Shown in pieces: positions 1 to 12,725 of a stretch of DNA of 64,000 bases (positions within the stretch are counted from its first letter, which is position 1; every line of letters starts with the position of its first letter). Source of the DNA: Sarea resinae. Its lineage: Eukaryota. The notes beneath the pieces were generated by a model. The model had not been told where the DNA came from. It saw only the letters and a program-made list of their open reading frames with translations, and did not search any database. The stretch lies in assembly GCA_026026165.1 (NCBI GenBank), contig JAPEUD010000022.1:62001-126000 (forward strand), given 5' to 3'. The position numbers and the translations under genes were made by a program.

Positions 1-203
1 TTCAAAACTGCGGGTCCATGCCTTGCCCGCACTTTTGTGCCTTGTGCTTTGTGCTCGCCGTCAACGGGCCTGGCGTGTTGAGGCTTCATCCTAAACAGAC
101 CCGTCCAGACGGGTTGTAGCATCACACTATTCGGTCTCAATCATCTACGCGCAATACAACACGTTTGAGAAAATCACTGATATTGACGATTTCGTGACTA
201 TGA

Positions 204-1264
204 CTAGAAGACTTCAGGGAGCTGTGGCCCCCAGACGGATAATGTGTTCGGACCCTGGTCCTCCTGTCTCTGGGTCTTCGTGTCTTCATTGACGACGTCA
301 CCATCAGCATAATGTTCTGCGGTAAAGCCACTTGGATCCTTCCAATAATCGAAGATTTGCGATCCCAAGATATGCCTTCCGACTCCCCATACCAGCTTGT
401 ATCCTTTGCCCAGCAGGTATTCGTGGCCGAGAAGTTGCGTATCAAAGTCGTCTACTTCGTAAGACGTGTGATGGAGTATCGTGGCAGGCATCTCCGGAGG
501 CGCGCGCGCAAGAAATAGAGAATGGTGATCGGAGAATTCTTTGCCGAGGTCGAGATGCAAAAATGTTAAAATGTCCATGTCCGGATTGCCGGGCGCGTGG
601 AGAATGTCAGAGGGGACGAAGTTGAAATTCCCAGTGTAGAATGCCACATCCTCATCCCAAGTCTTGGAGATGAAACCATAGTGGCCTAATTTATGGACCA
701 AGGCGCGGCCGGGTGTAAATCGCTGGAATTCACCTGCCGATCGACATTAGAGCCTTCTCATCGATCAGCTAGAGGTTCGTACGTACCTTTCCTGTGCTTC
801 TCCAGACTTGTGTTGTAGTCTGCTTTATGGACCTCTGTGGCTGAGACGGCCTTATCGGGCGTTGGCCGTTCTTTTTGACCGAAAACGACGTGGATCCAGC
901 TCCCAGAGGGAGTTGGAATTGTCACCATTTTTCCTCCCCCAGGAGCTTCACCCAGATCTACGACTTCTGCATTGACGAGTTTTGTGGCCTTTTCAAAATC
1001 TCCTGCTGTCGCCGCAACAAACGCTGCACCCCCAAACTCTTTCTCAGAGCTTGTGCTTTGTGATGCAACGGAGATGTAGGGATCTTTTCCATAGCCCCTG
1101 TAGAACGTCTGTGTCTCGGTTTGGGCAGCTATTTCGAACCCAAAGTCGTACGCAAACTGCTGCCACTTCTCAAGGTCTGGATGTGACTGATAGACGTGGC
1201 TAATGCGTGCTAGCTGAATCTTGTTAGGGTCATTTCTGACCGTCGGGATGACAAGAGATGACAT
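204..1264 (-). CDS. VOC/glyoxalase-family extradiol ring-cleavage dioxygenase (trihydroxytoluene oxygenase-like), 2 exons
   Basis: ORFs 758..1264 and 204..701 join through a GTACGT...CAG intron (786-734). Motifs HKLGHYG, HHTSYEVDDFD and GVGRHILGSQIFDYWKDPSGFTAEHYADGD are typical of fungal VOC dioxygenases. Confidence 0.85.
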
Positions 1265-1926
1265 GGCTCAATATGAGATGGGAATTCAACGATATCAACA
1301 GTTTCAACAACTTCAAGGGAAAAGGACGAAGTATGTCAAAGTGCACAAGATCTGGACATTCTCAAAAGCTCTTTTGAAGAGTATATAGAACAGGATGTTA
1401 CCTGAAATAGGATGTGTAAACACACCGTAGTCAAGCGCGGCAGGCTGTCGTCATGTAGCTGTGAAACGTATCCGGATTGGATGGACAGATCTTCCGTCAC
1501 GCGGCATTGGAGGAGAAGTATTTCGGGGGCTTCGAAAGTTGCGGAGGAACTGTTGCTCCTCGGCGGAAACACTAACACGGATCTCATGCGCCGGAAAGCG
1601 AGGATCTGTGGGGAAGGCAGAACGGAAACCACCTGGCACACAACACCTAAACTATCGAATCAATGCGGAGAACAAGCCCACGCTACTTCTCGCGGAACAA
1701 TCGATCCTCCACAGCTTCCACACGGCGGACTTGACGACTTGAGCTTCTACGACTTCGGAAATGTGGGTTTTGCGTGCTCTCTGGGAAATAGCGAGATCGC
1801 ATGATTGTTGGCGAGGTTGTATATACATCGTCTAACCGGACAGGCCCACGACGATACCTTATATTGCGCCCGTCGTTAATAGTTCCAGTCGTCAGATACC
1901 AGCTTGAAAACGGTTTTCGACATCAA
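1265..1926. promoter_or_regulatory. Bidirectional promoter of the dioxygenase and monooxygenase, with repeated CGGA motifs (candidate Zn2Cys6 sites)
   Basis: The two ATGs diverge at 1264 and 1927. About ten same-strand CGGA motifs (CGGAAA four times) lie between about 1470 and 1762. Confidence 0.5.
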
Positions 1927-4230
1927 ATGGAGGAAACAACTGTTCTGATTGTTGGCGCTGGCCCCACGGGTCTCGCTCTAGCTACGTACTTGGGGCGGAT
2001 GAACATCAAGGTTTGGATACCCCAGATCGAAGTCTATGAACGTTTACTAAGAGCGAGTAGACAGTCATATTGGAGAAAGAGCTGGACGTATCGGAAGATC
2101 CGCGCGGAATCGCTATTGCCGGCGATGCTGTGCGGGTGTCGTATCAGTTGGGGATTGGCGACGCACTGGTCACAAAGATTGGTGACGGTAAGGCGCTTTG
2201 TCCACAGTCCCAGCCATAAGCTCTTTGGTTGACGGACTTTGCGATCAGATACCGGAATTCTCTATTTTCACAACAAAACATTCCTAAATCCACCATTCAT
2301 GGGCTTCAACACGAAATACGACCATCTACAGCAAAGTGTCTCGAATGCTATCAACCAGTTCCAACCGAATTTTGGTACGCTTCTACTCCCATGAAAGATG
2401 TCATTGAATCTGAGAGAATCTGAGAGAAGCTTCAGAGCGTACTTTGAGGAGCGAGATTCAGCCATTACCTTCTTGCGATTTGCGGGTAGGCTGCGAAGTC
2501 CAGGGCCGCACAGAGGAAGATACAAGTGTCGTTGTCTCGTACGCCGATCAATCTGGTGACCAAAAGTCCATAAGAACGTCTTGGCTTGTTGGTGCAGACG
2601 GAAAGCGTGGTATTGTGCGGAAGAAGTTTTTAGAACCGGAGGGTATAAAACAAGAAGTGGGACTGTACGCTGTGTCGTCCAAGCCTGTAGCGACTGCATA
2701 CTAACAAAGTCAGATATAATCATGTGTCAACGTGGATTGCCGCGAACCTCGCGATCGATCTACCTAGTCCTGTGACGCATCCCGAATTTCCACTCTGGAA
2801 GCTTGGATTCTCCCCCGAAGAGGTATATGAGTTATTCTGGCCCGTTGAATTCCAGTATGTTCTTTCTACGCATTCGCCATGTTGCGGACTTGAATGCAAT
2901 ATCTAATTTGGCCTCTTAGTTTCTGCAATGATATCAAAAGACCTGCTATTAGTAGTAGATTTGGCCCTAAGGGAGCACGCTTCTGGAGGTGAGTAAAGTG
3001 ATCATCCATCTACAATGAGATGCCTGATTGACACCAGACAGGCACGAATATTCGATTGAGCCAGAGGACAACATAGACGAGCCAACTCAGCATTTCTGGA
3101 CGCAATTCGGTTCCTGGCTTGAAATCCAAGGATCATCGATATCGTAAGTGTCCCTGGTCATCCAGTGAGGATTCCTCTGATTTTAGATGGCATGGCAGGC
3201 CCACGTTGAAGGGCACAGTCGTCACATTCCCACGAGATTGTGTCAAAGTGATCCGCTGCCGTCCTTTTACGTATGTGATGATACTCCGTCTCTCCCGCCT
3301 CCGCAAATTATGATCACTGATGTGTCACCCAGCTTCGCCACCAAGGTAGTCAATAGATGGTACCATCGACGCACACTTATCATCGGCGACGCCGCCCACG
3401 TATTCCCCCCCTTTGGCGGCCAAGGTATCGCAGCTGGGATCCGAGATGCTCAAGCTCTTTCATGGCGACTTGCCTTCCTATCGCAGCTTGCGGTTCCTTG
3501 CTCAGTGCGCGAGAAATTCTTGACGGGGTGGGCGCACGAGCGACGACAGGTTTGCAACCACGCAACAAAGCTCACAAGAGCTAATGGGAGTATTACGAAC
3601 CAGCGAAGCGCATTCCTGGCATTTATGCATCGTATTCTAATGGGAATCCTGTGGTGTGTGCCGGCGATAGTCCAGAACATAACTCGATCGACATTAGGGG
3701 ACACCTTTCGCTATGAGAAGTGTGAAGGTGGATTCATGCTGAGGGAGAGGGCCGGAGGATCAAAGCTGCCACAGATTTGGATACAGAGAGAGGGTCAAGT
3801 GCCAGAGCTATCGGACACGGTGTTCATTAGCAACATGGCACGATTGGCACTGGTCGTCGTTCTCAGAGGTGACGAAACTGCAGACTTGGCAGACGTAGAG
3901 AAGTCCATTGAAAAGGCGGCTTTACCAGGGGGCATTCTCACGAAAGAAAGTGTTACTTTCCTAAGGCTTGACAGCCTTGAAGCTAGTTTGCAGGATGAGA
4001 AGATCTCTCAGCGAGAGTATCGTCCTTGCAGTCATAAAGATCTGGTGGCCCAAGGTATCCAACCGATCACAGGCTACGACGAAAAAACGCTGGAGCGACG
4101 AATTGGGATAGGAGCGAAATACGTCATTGTCAGACCGGATTTCTATATACACTCTGTTGCCTCTGACGAAACCGGGTTTTCGGAGAACGTACAGGAGATA
4201 GGCAGATATTTCGGGTTGGCTGAAGAATGA
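1927..4230 (+). CDS. FAD-dependent aromatic monooxygenase (MhpA/PheA-like), about 9 exons
   Basis: VLIVGAGPTGLALA (Rossmann fold), WLVGADGKRGIVRK (DG motif) and IIGDAAHVFPPFGGQGIAAGIRDA (GD motif). The exons join in frame through GT-AG introns. Confidence 0.9.
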
Positions 4231-4908
4231 TGATTTCTGAGGGTAATCGACATATATAGTGCCCTGAATCTTGAATCATTTCGCATTTACTTCAAAGTTA
4301 GACATTGGCATTTGAAAGACCTTCTCCTTTGACACCTTGGATAATTCACGCAATCGCTCGTGTGGAAACTCCTTTCCCCTCTCGGATTCAATATTTGTCC
4401 CCTCCCCCCACCTCCTACGAGACGTATCTAGAAGTAGTCGTCCATAGCATATCAGTATTCAGAACAGACATCATCTGAGTTTTGTTCTCCTGTAGTACGG
4501 ACAGGGAAGCTTCAGTGGTGCTGTCACAACGGAGGGTCTATTACTCCACAGGCATAGCACCAATCGATTATGGATTCAGGATTCAGGGTCCAGCGCACTC
4601 CTCCTGGGGCACCTTGTGCTCTGCGGAGTAACCCTTGCACGCCCGCTCTTCTGCCGGATCCTAGGGTCCTGTCTAGGTAGACTGCAGCGAGCAGAGTTCA
4701 TACCTTAATTGTGGACAGCAGAGAAGATGCGGGGTTGAAGGTGCGGGGTTAAAGGGCCTCCATCGTCTTTATAGAAAGCCATGTCTGTCGTGGAAAATGC
4801 TATGCTATATTGCGTTGCTTTCCCTTTGATCCTAGAGATTCACCAAAACATCAGGAGTCTTGAAACAGCTTGATTCCAGACTAATCGACTTGCCGTCTGG
4901 CTTTCGAA

Positions 4909-6905
4909 ATGCTCACGAAAACCTCAATACTACCTCTCGCTCTCTTAGCCGTCTTCCTCCTCTCTATCCTCTACCTCGTCAACGTCATCTACGTACGTTT
5001 TCGCCCCGGGCTAAGGCAGCTGCCCGGGCCACGCCTTGCCGCGTACTCGAGACTATGGAATATCATGAATGCCGCGCGGGGAAACGCGCATGAGAGTTTT
5101 CGAAAGCTTCATGAGAGATACGGGAAGGTGGTCAGGACGGGCCCCAATCATGTGGCGATCTCGGATCCGGCGATGATCCCCGTGATATATGGGACGAATA
5201 ACAGGTTCCTCAAAGTATGCATCGAGTCCCTCTCGCGGTCGTGCTCTTGCGTCCCAATTGTTATATGAGGCTCTTTCATAGTCGTATGCGCGAGCGTTCT
5301 CACCACAAATATCGTATAAACGCTGACAGATTACAGACCAACTTCTACAACTCCTTCAGCACGCCATATGAAGGTGAGAATATGCAGAGCTTATTTTCGA
5401 CTTCGGATCCTCTCCACCACAAGACCCTCAAGCAGGCCGTCTCGAGTAAATACTCTTTATCGTCTCTTCGGGAATTCGAACCCAAGGTCAACGAATGCAC
5501 CAATCTTTTCACCGCAATCATGCGTGAGTATGCGGCCTCGGGAGAAGTTGTCGACCTGGGCGCATGGCTCCAATGGTACGCATTCGACGTTATTGGCGCT
5601 ATCACATTCGACCGACGGTTCGGATTCATGGACGAGCGGAGAGACATTGAAAACATAATCCAAGGGATCGAAGGCGGGTTGTGGTATGGATGTATCGTCG
5701 GGCAAGCTCCCGAATTTCACCCCTGGCTCCTTGCCAATCCAATACTCACGAAAGTCCTCCTCAAGTTTGAAGCCGTGAGAGAGGCAAATCCGGTGCCGAA
5801 GGTTGTCAAGGTTAGATTTCTCATCTTGCTGAATGGTACACCACGTCCTCGTATGCAAGCTAAACAGACTCACAGATGGTAGAAAATGCCATCGAAATAT
5901 ATGATGAGAGAGAATCAAAGGAGACAAGCAGAAGCGACTTCTTGGCTTGGTTTAGAAAAGAGGGTGAAAAGGCACCGGGCAAGATGCCGCATCGTGATCT
6001 GATGAACCACCTCATGAATAATCTGTTAGGCCTCCGTCCAGCAACGACATCCAATTAGAGCGCTAACAAAAGCAGACTGGCTGGCAGTGACACGACAGCA
6101 ATATCTCTCCGGGCCATCTTCTACTATCTGATCAAACACCCAAGAGTCCACAGGAAGCTCCTCCAAGAGATTGAGACCTCCGAGCGGGAAGGTCGAGCAT
6201 CAGCCAATATAACCCTAGCGGAGAGCTCCCAGATGCCATATCTGTACGTATCTGGGATATTTTTCCCCCGATATAGTTCTGGTTCTGACATTCCAAAGCC
6301 AAGCGTGTATCAAGGAAGCCATGCGGCTCCATCCCGGGGTAGGCTTTCCCCTCGAGCGCTTCGCCCCTCCCGAGGGTCTGACGGTTGACGATGTCCACAT
6401 TCCGGGCGGCACGATCGTGGGCATGAACGCATGGGTGGTCCACCACGATAGAAGCGTCTACGGCCATGACGCCGACGATTTCCGGCCCGAGCGATGGATT
6501 ATTTCCAGTCCCGAGCAGCTGAAGATGATGGAAAAGTACTTTTTATCGGTCGGTGTTCTTCCCTTCAATGCGCTCCCATTGATTTGTTTTCTCCCATGAC
6601 GATGACGAAAACTGACGCCGAGGGTAATGCTGGTAGTTTGGGGCCGGCACAAGGACTTGTATAGGTATCTATTTTGACAGCACTGTTCCTTTCGTATTGT
6701 TCAATGCGGTCATACTGACTTCCCTGCAGGAAAGAACATCTCGACGATGGAAATGGGAATGATGGTGCCCCAGATTCTGCGAGAGTTCGACATCTCGTGG
6801 GCTGCGCCGAGCGAGGAGTGGAGAATCACCACTTTTTGGTTCGCGAAACAGACGGGATTCCACGTCCGACTCCGCCCAAAGATAAGAAAAGATGCTGCCA
6901 CGTAG
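4909..6905 (+). CDS. Cytochrome P450 (pisatin demethylase-like), multi-exon
   Basis: N-terminal membrane anchor plus LPGP, I-helix AGSDTT, KEAMRLHP (ExxR), FRPERW, and heme motif FGAGTRTCIG|KNIS across the last intron. Stop TAG at 6903-6905. Confidence 0.92.
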
Positions 6906-7640
6906 GATTCAGGCGAGTGATCATGATCGCGTTGGAGTCTGGGAATAGGATGGTATTGAATGACGGACGAAAGTACTTGTTTCTCTTATGACGTGTAATC
7001 CTTTATCATATCAGGTGCCTCGCTACCGCTGTGCCTCGAGTTTGACTCAGGTCTGCCTTCGCATCGAATGTTGATGCGAGTAGATTGACGGGTTTCGAAG
7101 CAGCGGCCTTTTCTGTTATTCAGAGTATAAACGTTGTAACGTAAAACATGGGGAAGTGAGACGAGGTCAAAGAGGTGACCATCAAATCTTATGTTGGTCA
7201 ATACGTACATCTGTCAACAGAAAACCTATTTGAGACTGGGTGTTATGATGTCGACCACGACCTTGTGATTCGTCTTTGGCAGTGGTATCGGGCTTCCTCC
7301 ACGCTCTTCACACCGCGTAAGACGGGAGACCTCTGTCTCGAATACTATTGCTGTCTGTCTGTCTGTCTGTCTGTTTGTCACGTCGTAGAAGGTCATCGAA
7401 GGTCATCGAGATTGTTGATCAAGGCAAGACGCTGAAAGTGGCACAGGGAGTCAAGCATAAGTCAGAAAGGCCCCTGGGGACACGTCATGTTCAGGAATAA
7501 AGATTATCAAGTGTGAATTTGAAATTGGATTCGTTGCTCAAGCTAGCTAGGTCACCAGGCAGACACGACGAGTGCCCTCATCGATGCCACCATCCATTCA
7601 TCCAGACATGTCGTCATCACGGCGTCCTCGAATCATGCAC

Positions 7641-8020
7641 TTAGTGCTTCGAGGCCTCCTAGAGAAACAAATCTCGTCAGCTACTATCTCGAGAGCGCGG
7701 GGCGATGCAGTATATCATACCTTGTGCACATCAGCCTTGGTGTTGTGGCTGGTCTCGTCCTTCTTGTCGAAGGCGGCGTCCTTGGCGGCCGAGGCACGGG
7801 TTGAGATGCTGGCGTCATTGTCCTTGGCGACGCTCTTGTTGGCCTCCTTGGAGGCTTCGGCACCGGTGCCCTGGACGGTCTCGGCGACGTAGTTGGCGGC
7901 GTTCTGGAGACACACCTAGGCGTTAGCTATTTGCTCATCTTCGGTCCAAGTGCACGGGACAAGAGAAAGACGTTGATAAAAGGGAGAGAGACGGGGACGA
8001 CAAACCTTGACGGTCTCCAT
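7641..8020 (-). CDS. grg-1: Glucose-repressible protein Grg1/CCG-1, 3 exons
   Basis: The spliced product METVK|NAANYVAETVQGTGAEASKEANKSVAKDNDASISTRASAAKDA...KADVHK|EASKH* matches the Grg1 family pattern. Confidence 0.9.
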
Positions 8021-8375
8021 TGTGAAAGAAGTGTTGGATTGATTATGAGTTGTGGAAAGTGTTCAAGTGATGGGGTATTGGTTCGATTGGATTGATGGTT
8101 GATCGAGAGAAGAGAGATGGATGGTTGGAGAAGATTGTCGTGGAGAGAAGTAGGATGTCGAGCTTATATACCCCTCAGTCCTCGATTCGATCCTTCACCA
8201 CTACCCCTCAGTGTGAAGTTAATTCTGCATCGGGACAGTGTTGGGGTCACCTGCCGAGGGATGCCGCTAAGGGAAGGCCGAGACAGGCCGAGACAGAGAA
8301 AGACAGAGAAAGACGCGGCGACAGGGCAATGGTGGCACGGCGCTAATGATTCCCCATCGAGGCAGGATGGCAAAG

Positions 8376-8593
8376 TGACGTACCGAGTGACGTGCCTAGC
8401 GACCTAGTGACGTACGGAGGGACCACGACTTCCATTCTTAGTGACGTGTGACGTACAGAGGCGACAGGAAGTCAGGTACGCGACCAGGCAAGAACAGCCG
8501 ATCAACATACTATGGTGGGGCACCTCAGCCTTCCAAGGTTCGACGAAGAGCCCTGGAGGCCGAGGCCGAAGACTTGCGCCACAGAGTACGTCA
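8376..8593. promoter_or_regulatory. Cluster of CRE/ATF-type TGACGT sites upstream of grg-1
   Basis: TGACGT at 8376, 8388, 8408, 8442 and 8449, and ACGTCA at 8588. A TATATAA box lies on the minus strand near 8164-8170. Confidence 0.7.
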
Positions 8594-9650
8594 TGGCCGC
8601 AGACGGACAGGGCACGCCCTTCCAATGCCACTGCAGGACAGTTGTCGCAGGTCTACTCAGCTTGGCTGCACCTGACATGTGGCGGATTTCCAGGACGAAT
8701 GGCACGGCAGCTAGAGTCCCTTCTCTACCTCCCTCCCCACCGGGAAGCCTTCCTAGGCTTTCCAGCTGGATCGGCACAGTGGACAGCAACGTTGGGGCCG
8801 GTGCCCTAGGTAGTATTGGAGGCAATCGAAAGAGACAGACTACGTAGTACGCTGTACGCATCTCCGCGGATCAGATCTCCTGAGACCACGTGCCGGCACG
8901 GCCCGTCGGATGGACAGGGCCAGAACATCATCCACGATGCAAATGCAGATGGTGCGAGTAGATGGACTGCCAGCACCCATCTACGATGGTGTCCATCTCC
9001 GTCACAGTACATTGCCACGCCGTCCACGGCAGGCCCAGGCGTTGGCTTCGATCAACGATAGAGATCTTAGATCGCAGTACTCTATCTTCCTAGCTGACGA
9101 GGTCGACCCATGTGTGTAACCCTGATGAGGCAACCCACACCATCTTACATAGAGGCTCCAAAGGCGGCCACAGCCTCCAATCTCAACCGACGAAATGAAG
9201 GCTCTCAGAGGATGTCTCTTCTTAGTAAACGGCTATGCACTCAGGCATACCGACAGTGTCATTCTGGAGCACGGAGATCCCTGAGGGCGTCGTCCTCTCG
9301 ATTCCTACCCATATATAGAACTTGAGATTTGTTCAATAGATAGCGATCTGCTCTCTGCTATTTGTTCGCTCGATCAGTGCGCCCCAAGACCCATTCGCGC
9401 AAGTAGTGAGCTCTGCTATTCGCTCCATCAGTGGATCACGTACCTACTGCTCCGTTGATCTTGCTTCGTCTGTCCGAACTAGTACAAATTACACATACAT
9501 GCACTATTGTTGTCAAATTATCTGAACCAAAGATCCAGCGCTCCCTTGTGCATCCTCTATACATAGAGTCTGTGGTGGCGGTGGTGAGGGTAGCACCAGT
9601 AGTCATACCAAAAGCTGTGTATTATATTTCCCAATAGCACCTTTAGAATC

Positions 9651-9769
9651 ACATACGGCCATAGGTTGTGGAATATAGAGGATCCCGTCCGCTCTCCTGA
9701 ACTCAAGCCACAAACCGGCGGATTAGTAGTTGGGTCGGTGACGACCAGCGAATACCCGCTGCTGTATGT
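9651..9769 (+). rRNA. 5S rRNA: 5S rRNA (dispersed copy 1)
   Basis: 119 nt, ACATACGGCC...GATCCCGTCCGCTC...TTAGTAGTTGGGTCGGTGACGACCAGCGAATACC...GCTGTATGT. The ends pair, a T-run terminator follows, and a TATA-like element sits about 29 nt upstream. Confidence 0.96.
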
Positions 9770-10583
9770 TTTTGACTTTTTTGTTTTGTATATCAAGTCG
9801 CTAAAGAAGGGAGGGCGGGCGTTTAACTGTTTTGGTCGAACTTGTAAGCATCGCGAGCTGTCTATTGTCAATATCTATCCTCTGCTCGCTTGCGGATGTG
9901 CGAACTAGATCTCATATAACTTGTGTTCTCTCTCTGTTTTGAATTGTAGTGATACTGAAAGAAATTCCTTTGTAGCTTGCTCTTATTTGTCTGTATATCT
10001 TTTAAGCTCGGAATTTTAATAAGACAATACTCTAAATTACTCTTTTACGGTAAATAGTGCAGATCACCAAGTAGAACTTTGATAACATTTTACACACTTA
10101 GCTTTCTTTCTTGAGCATTTTTGGTACCACTATCAACTAATTATCTAAGGTATGCTAATAATGTCGCTCAGATAGTAGAGCGCAATTGTGCGGACGTGCT
10201 TTTGTCTACAGGACGGCTCAAACGGTCGCCTCGCGTTTCGGCAGCCGAAGGCCGAGCGTTATCAAAACACTACCCACAATAGCTGACTCACTTTCCTACC
10301 TCCACATAGCAAGACCATCCTCGAACGAACATCTGTCCCTGTTTGGGAATTGTCGAAATGCCGCACGGGCTAATAACAATGCCTGTTGTGACAATCTGAC
10401 AACATGGCCGATGACAAAACCAACGCTGGCCGCAGCGTTCTTCTTTTTCTCTTCCGTTTCCAATCACTCTGAGTTTCCTCCCTCATCTCGTTGCTCGTGT
10501 GCTCTCAGAACATTGCCTTTATAAAGCTCACTCGGTCTTTGATAGCACCCGGAGTGCAAGACAACAATCAATCGCCAGACATC

Positions 10584-12221
10584 ATGTCAGATCCAATTGT
10601 CCAATCGACCGAGAAGCTAAACGATGCAGCATCTGCCTCGCAATCAGAGGACTTCTCTGGAAAGGACGAGGAGAGGGAAATTGGCGTCATGCCGTCGCAG
10701 GGGCAGCCAAGAGATCTCATCACCTGGGAAGGCCCCGATGACCGTCAGAACCCCCAGAATTGGAGCTTTCTACGCAAACTCTGGGTGACTGCTATCTGGG
10801 TGATCGGATGCCTCGTCACCTGTATTGGCAGTAGCATCTTCAGCAGTGGAGCGTCTGTTATCAGCCAGGAATTCAAAGTCAGCTCGACGGTCACGACTCT
10901 CGGCATCAGCCTCTTTCTGCTGGTAAGTAAAGACCGTGTCTGCCCGACATCAACCAATAGCTTACATGCTCTCAGAGATATACTGTCGGCCCGCCGACTT
11001 GGGGACCGCTGTCAGAGAGATTTGGTCGGAAGTGGCTCATGTTCATGGGCATGGCCTTTTTCACAGTCTTCTGCATTCCATGCGCACTAGCGAAGAACAT
11101 CCAGACGGCCCTCGTCGGCCGATTCTTCTGTGGCTTGTTTGGTGCTGCTCCTCTCTCTCTTTTCGGTGGAGGTATGGTGGATATCTGGAACCCCACCCAA
11201 CGAGGTGTTGCCATGGCCGCCTGTATTGGTACTATCTTTGGGAGCCCGATGCTAGCGCCGATGATGGGAAACTTCATCACCGCCAGCTATTTGGGATGGC
11301 GTTGTGCCCAATGGCTGAGTGGGATCATGGGCCTTTTTAGCACCGTTCTGACTCTGTTCGGTCTACCCGAGACTCATGGCCCCACACTGTTGCGCAGGAA
11401 AGCCGCCAACGTTCGGCGCGAGACAGGGGACCTGAAAGTTCGATGTCAGTATGATGGAGAAAAGAAAGGCGTCTCAGCCGTGATTCACATTTACCTGTTC
11501 CGATCGTTTGGTAAGGTTTGCGAACCCTGGAGAATCGAAGCCAGAAGGCTAACGTTGGGATTTAGCAATGCTACTGACAGAGCCGATCCTCATCCTCATC
11601 ACCCTCTATCAAGCTTTCATCTATGGCATCCTCTATTTAATCTTCGTGTCATACCCGATAGCCTTTCGCGAAGTGCGCCATTGGGCATTAGGGGTCAGCG
11701 GGCTCCCATACCTTGGAATGATGGTTGGTGTCCTTCTGGGCGGCACCGTGGTGGTAATCCATACCAAAACGAAGTTCGCGGCCCTCACGCGTGAAAACAA
11801 GGGTGTTGTGATCCCGGAGCAGCGTCTGCCATTGATGATCGGAGGTAGTTGTCTCTTACCCATCGGGCTCTTCATCTTCGCGTGGACCTCGGCGCCTGAC
11901 ATCCACTGGTCTGGAATGGTCGTTGGCAGTATTCCGGTCGGCATGGGCATGTACATGGTCTTTGTCCAGTGTTTCAACTACCTCGTCGATGTTTACCTGG
12001 ACGTCGCGAACAGTGCCATCGGAGGCAACACTTTTGTCCGCAGCTTGTTCGGCGCCGGATTCCCATTGTTCGGCCCTGCTATGTACCATCGCCTGGGCGT
12101 CGACTGGGCTACCAGCCTGCTGGCATTTATCAGCATTGCCATGATTCCGATTCCGGTCCTGTTCTATAGGTACGGTCATACAATTCGCAAATGGTCAAGG
12201 AGCACTGTGAACAAACGGTGA
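10584..12221 (+). CDS. MFS multidrug transporter (DHA1 family), 3 exons
   Basis: ITWEGPDDRQNPQNWS, WGPLSERFGRK, GLPETHGPTLL, IPEQRLP and RSLFGAGFPLF, with a multi-TM hydrophobic pattern. Confidence 0.9.
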
Positions 12222-12725
12222 GAGGGCTACAGGTAAACCCTAATGGCAGTCTTTCATTGTTCAACACAATGAGAGTACGAGCGGCAAAGACAAAAGGCCT
12301 AAAAATATGCGTTTCTGGCTTATACCATGAACCATTATGTAACTTGGGGCCGGAAACAAGCATGACCGCGGAGCTGGAAACAATGAGGGTTAGATAGAGG
12401 CTATCAATCTTGGCGAAAAAGTTATTTGGAGAATTAGAGCGTTAGAGTTGTAGACATAGATTAGCAGAATGACTTCCGAGTCTGCCTTCTCTAGACACAA
12501 TATGCGTAATCGATGTAATTGGCCCTCGGGTAGCACAGGGGTGCAGCCCGACGCAAACTGAGGCAAAAAAGTAAATGTAAATAGTCAAGAGGCGAGCTTT
12601 CAAAAGTCCAACGATGTCTATGGTTTCTCCACGGAAATGATAGTAGAAAAGAGTGATATGCCTTTGTCCCATTGATAACTAGAGCCGTGTCTCAGTTTCA
12701 TCTCAAAGACGAAGACAAGAGATGC

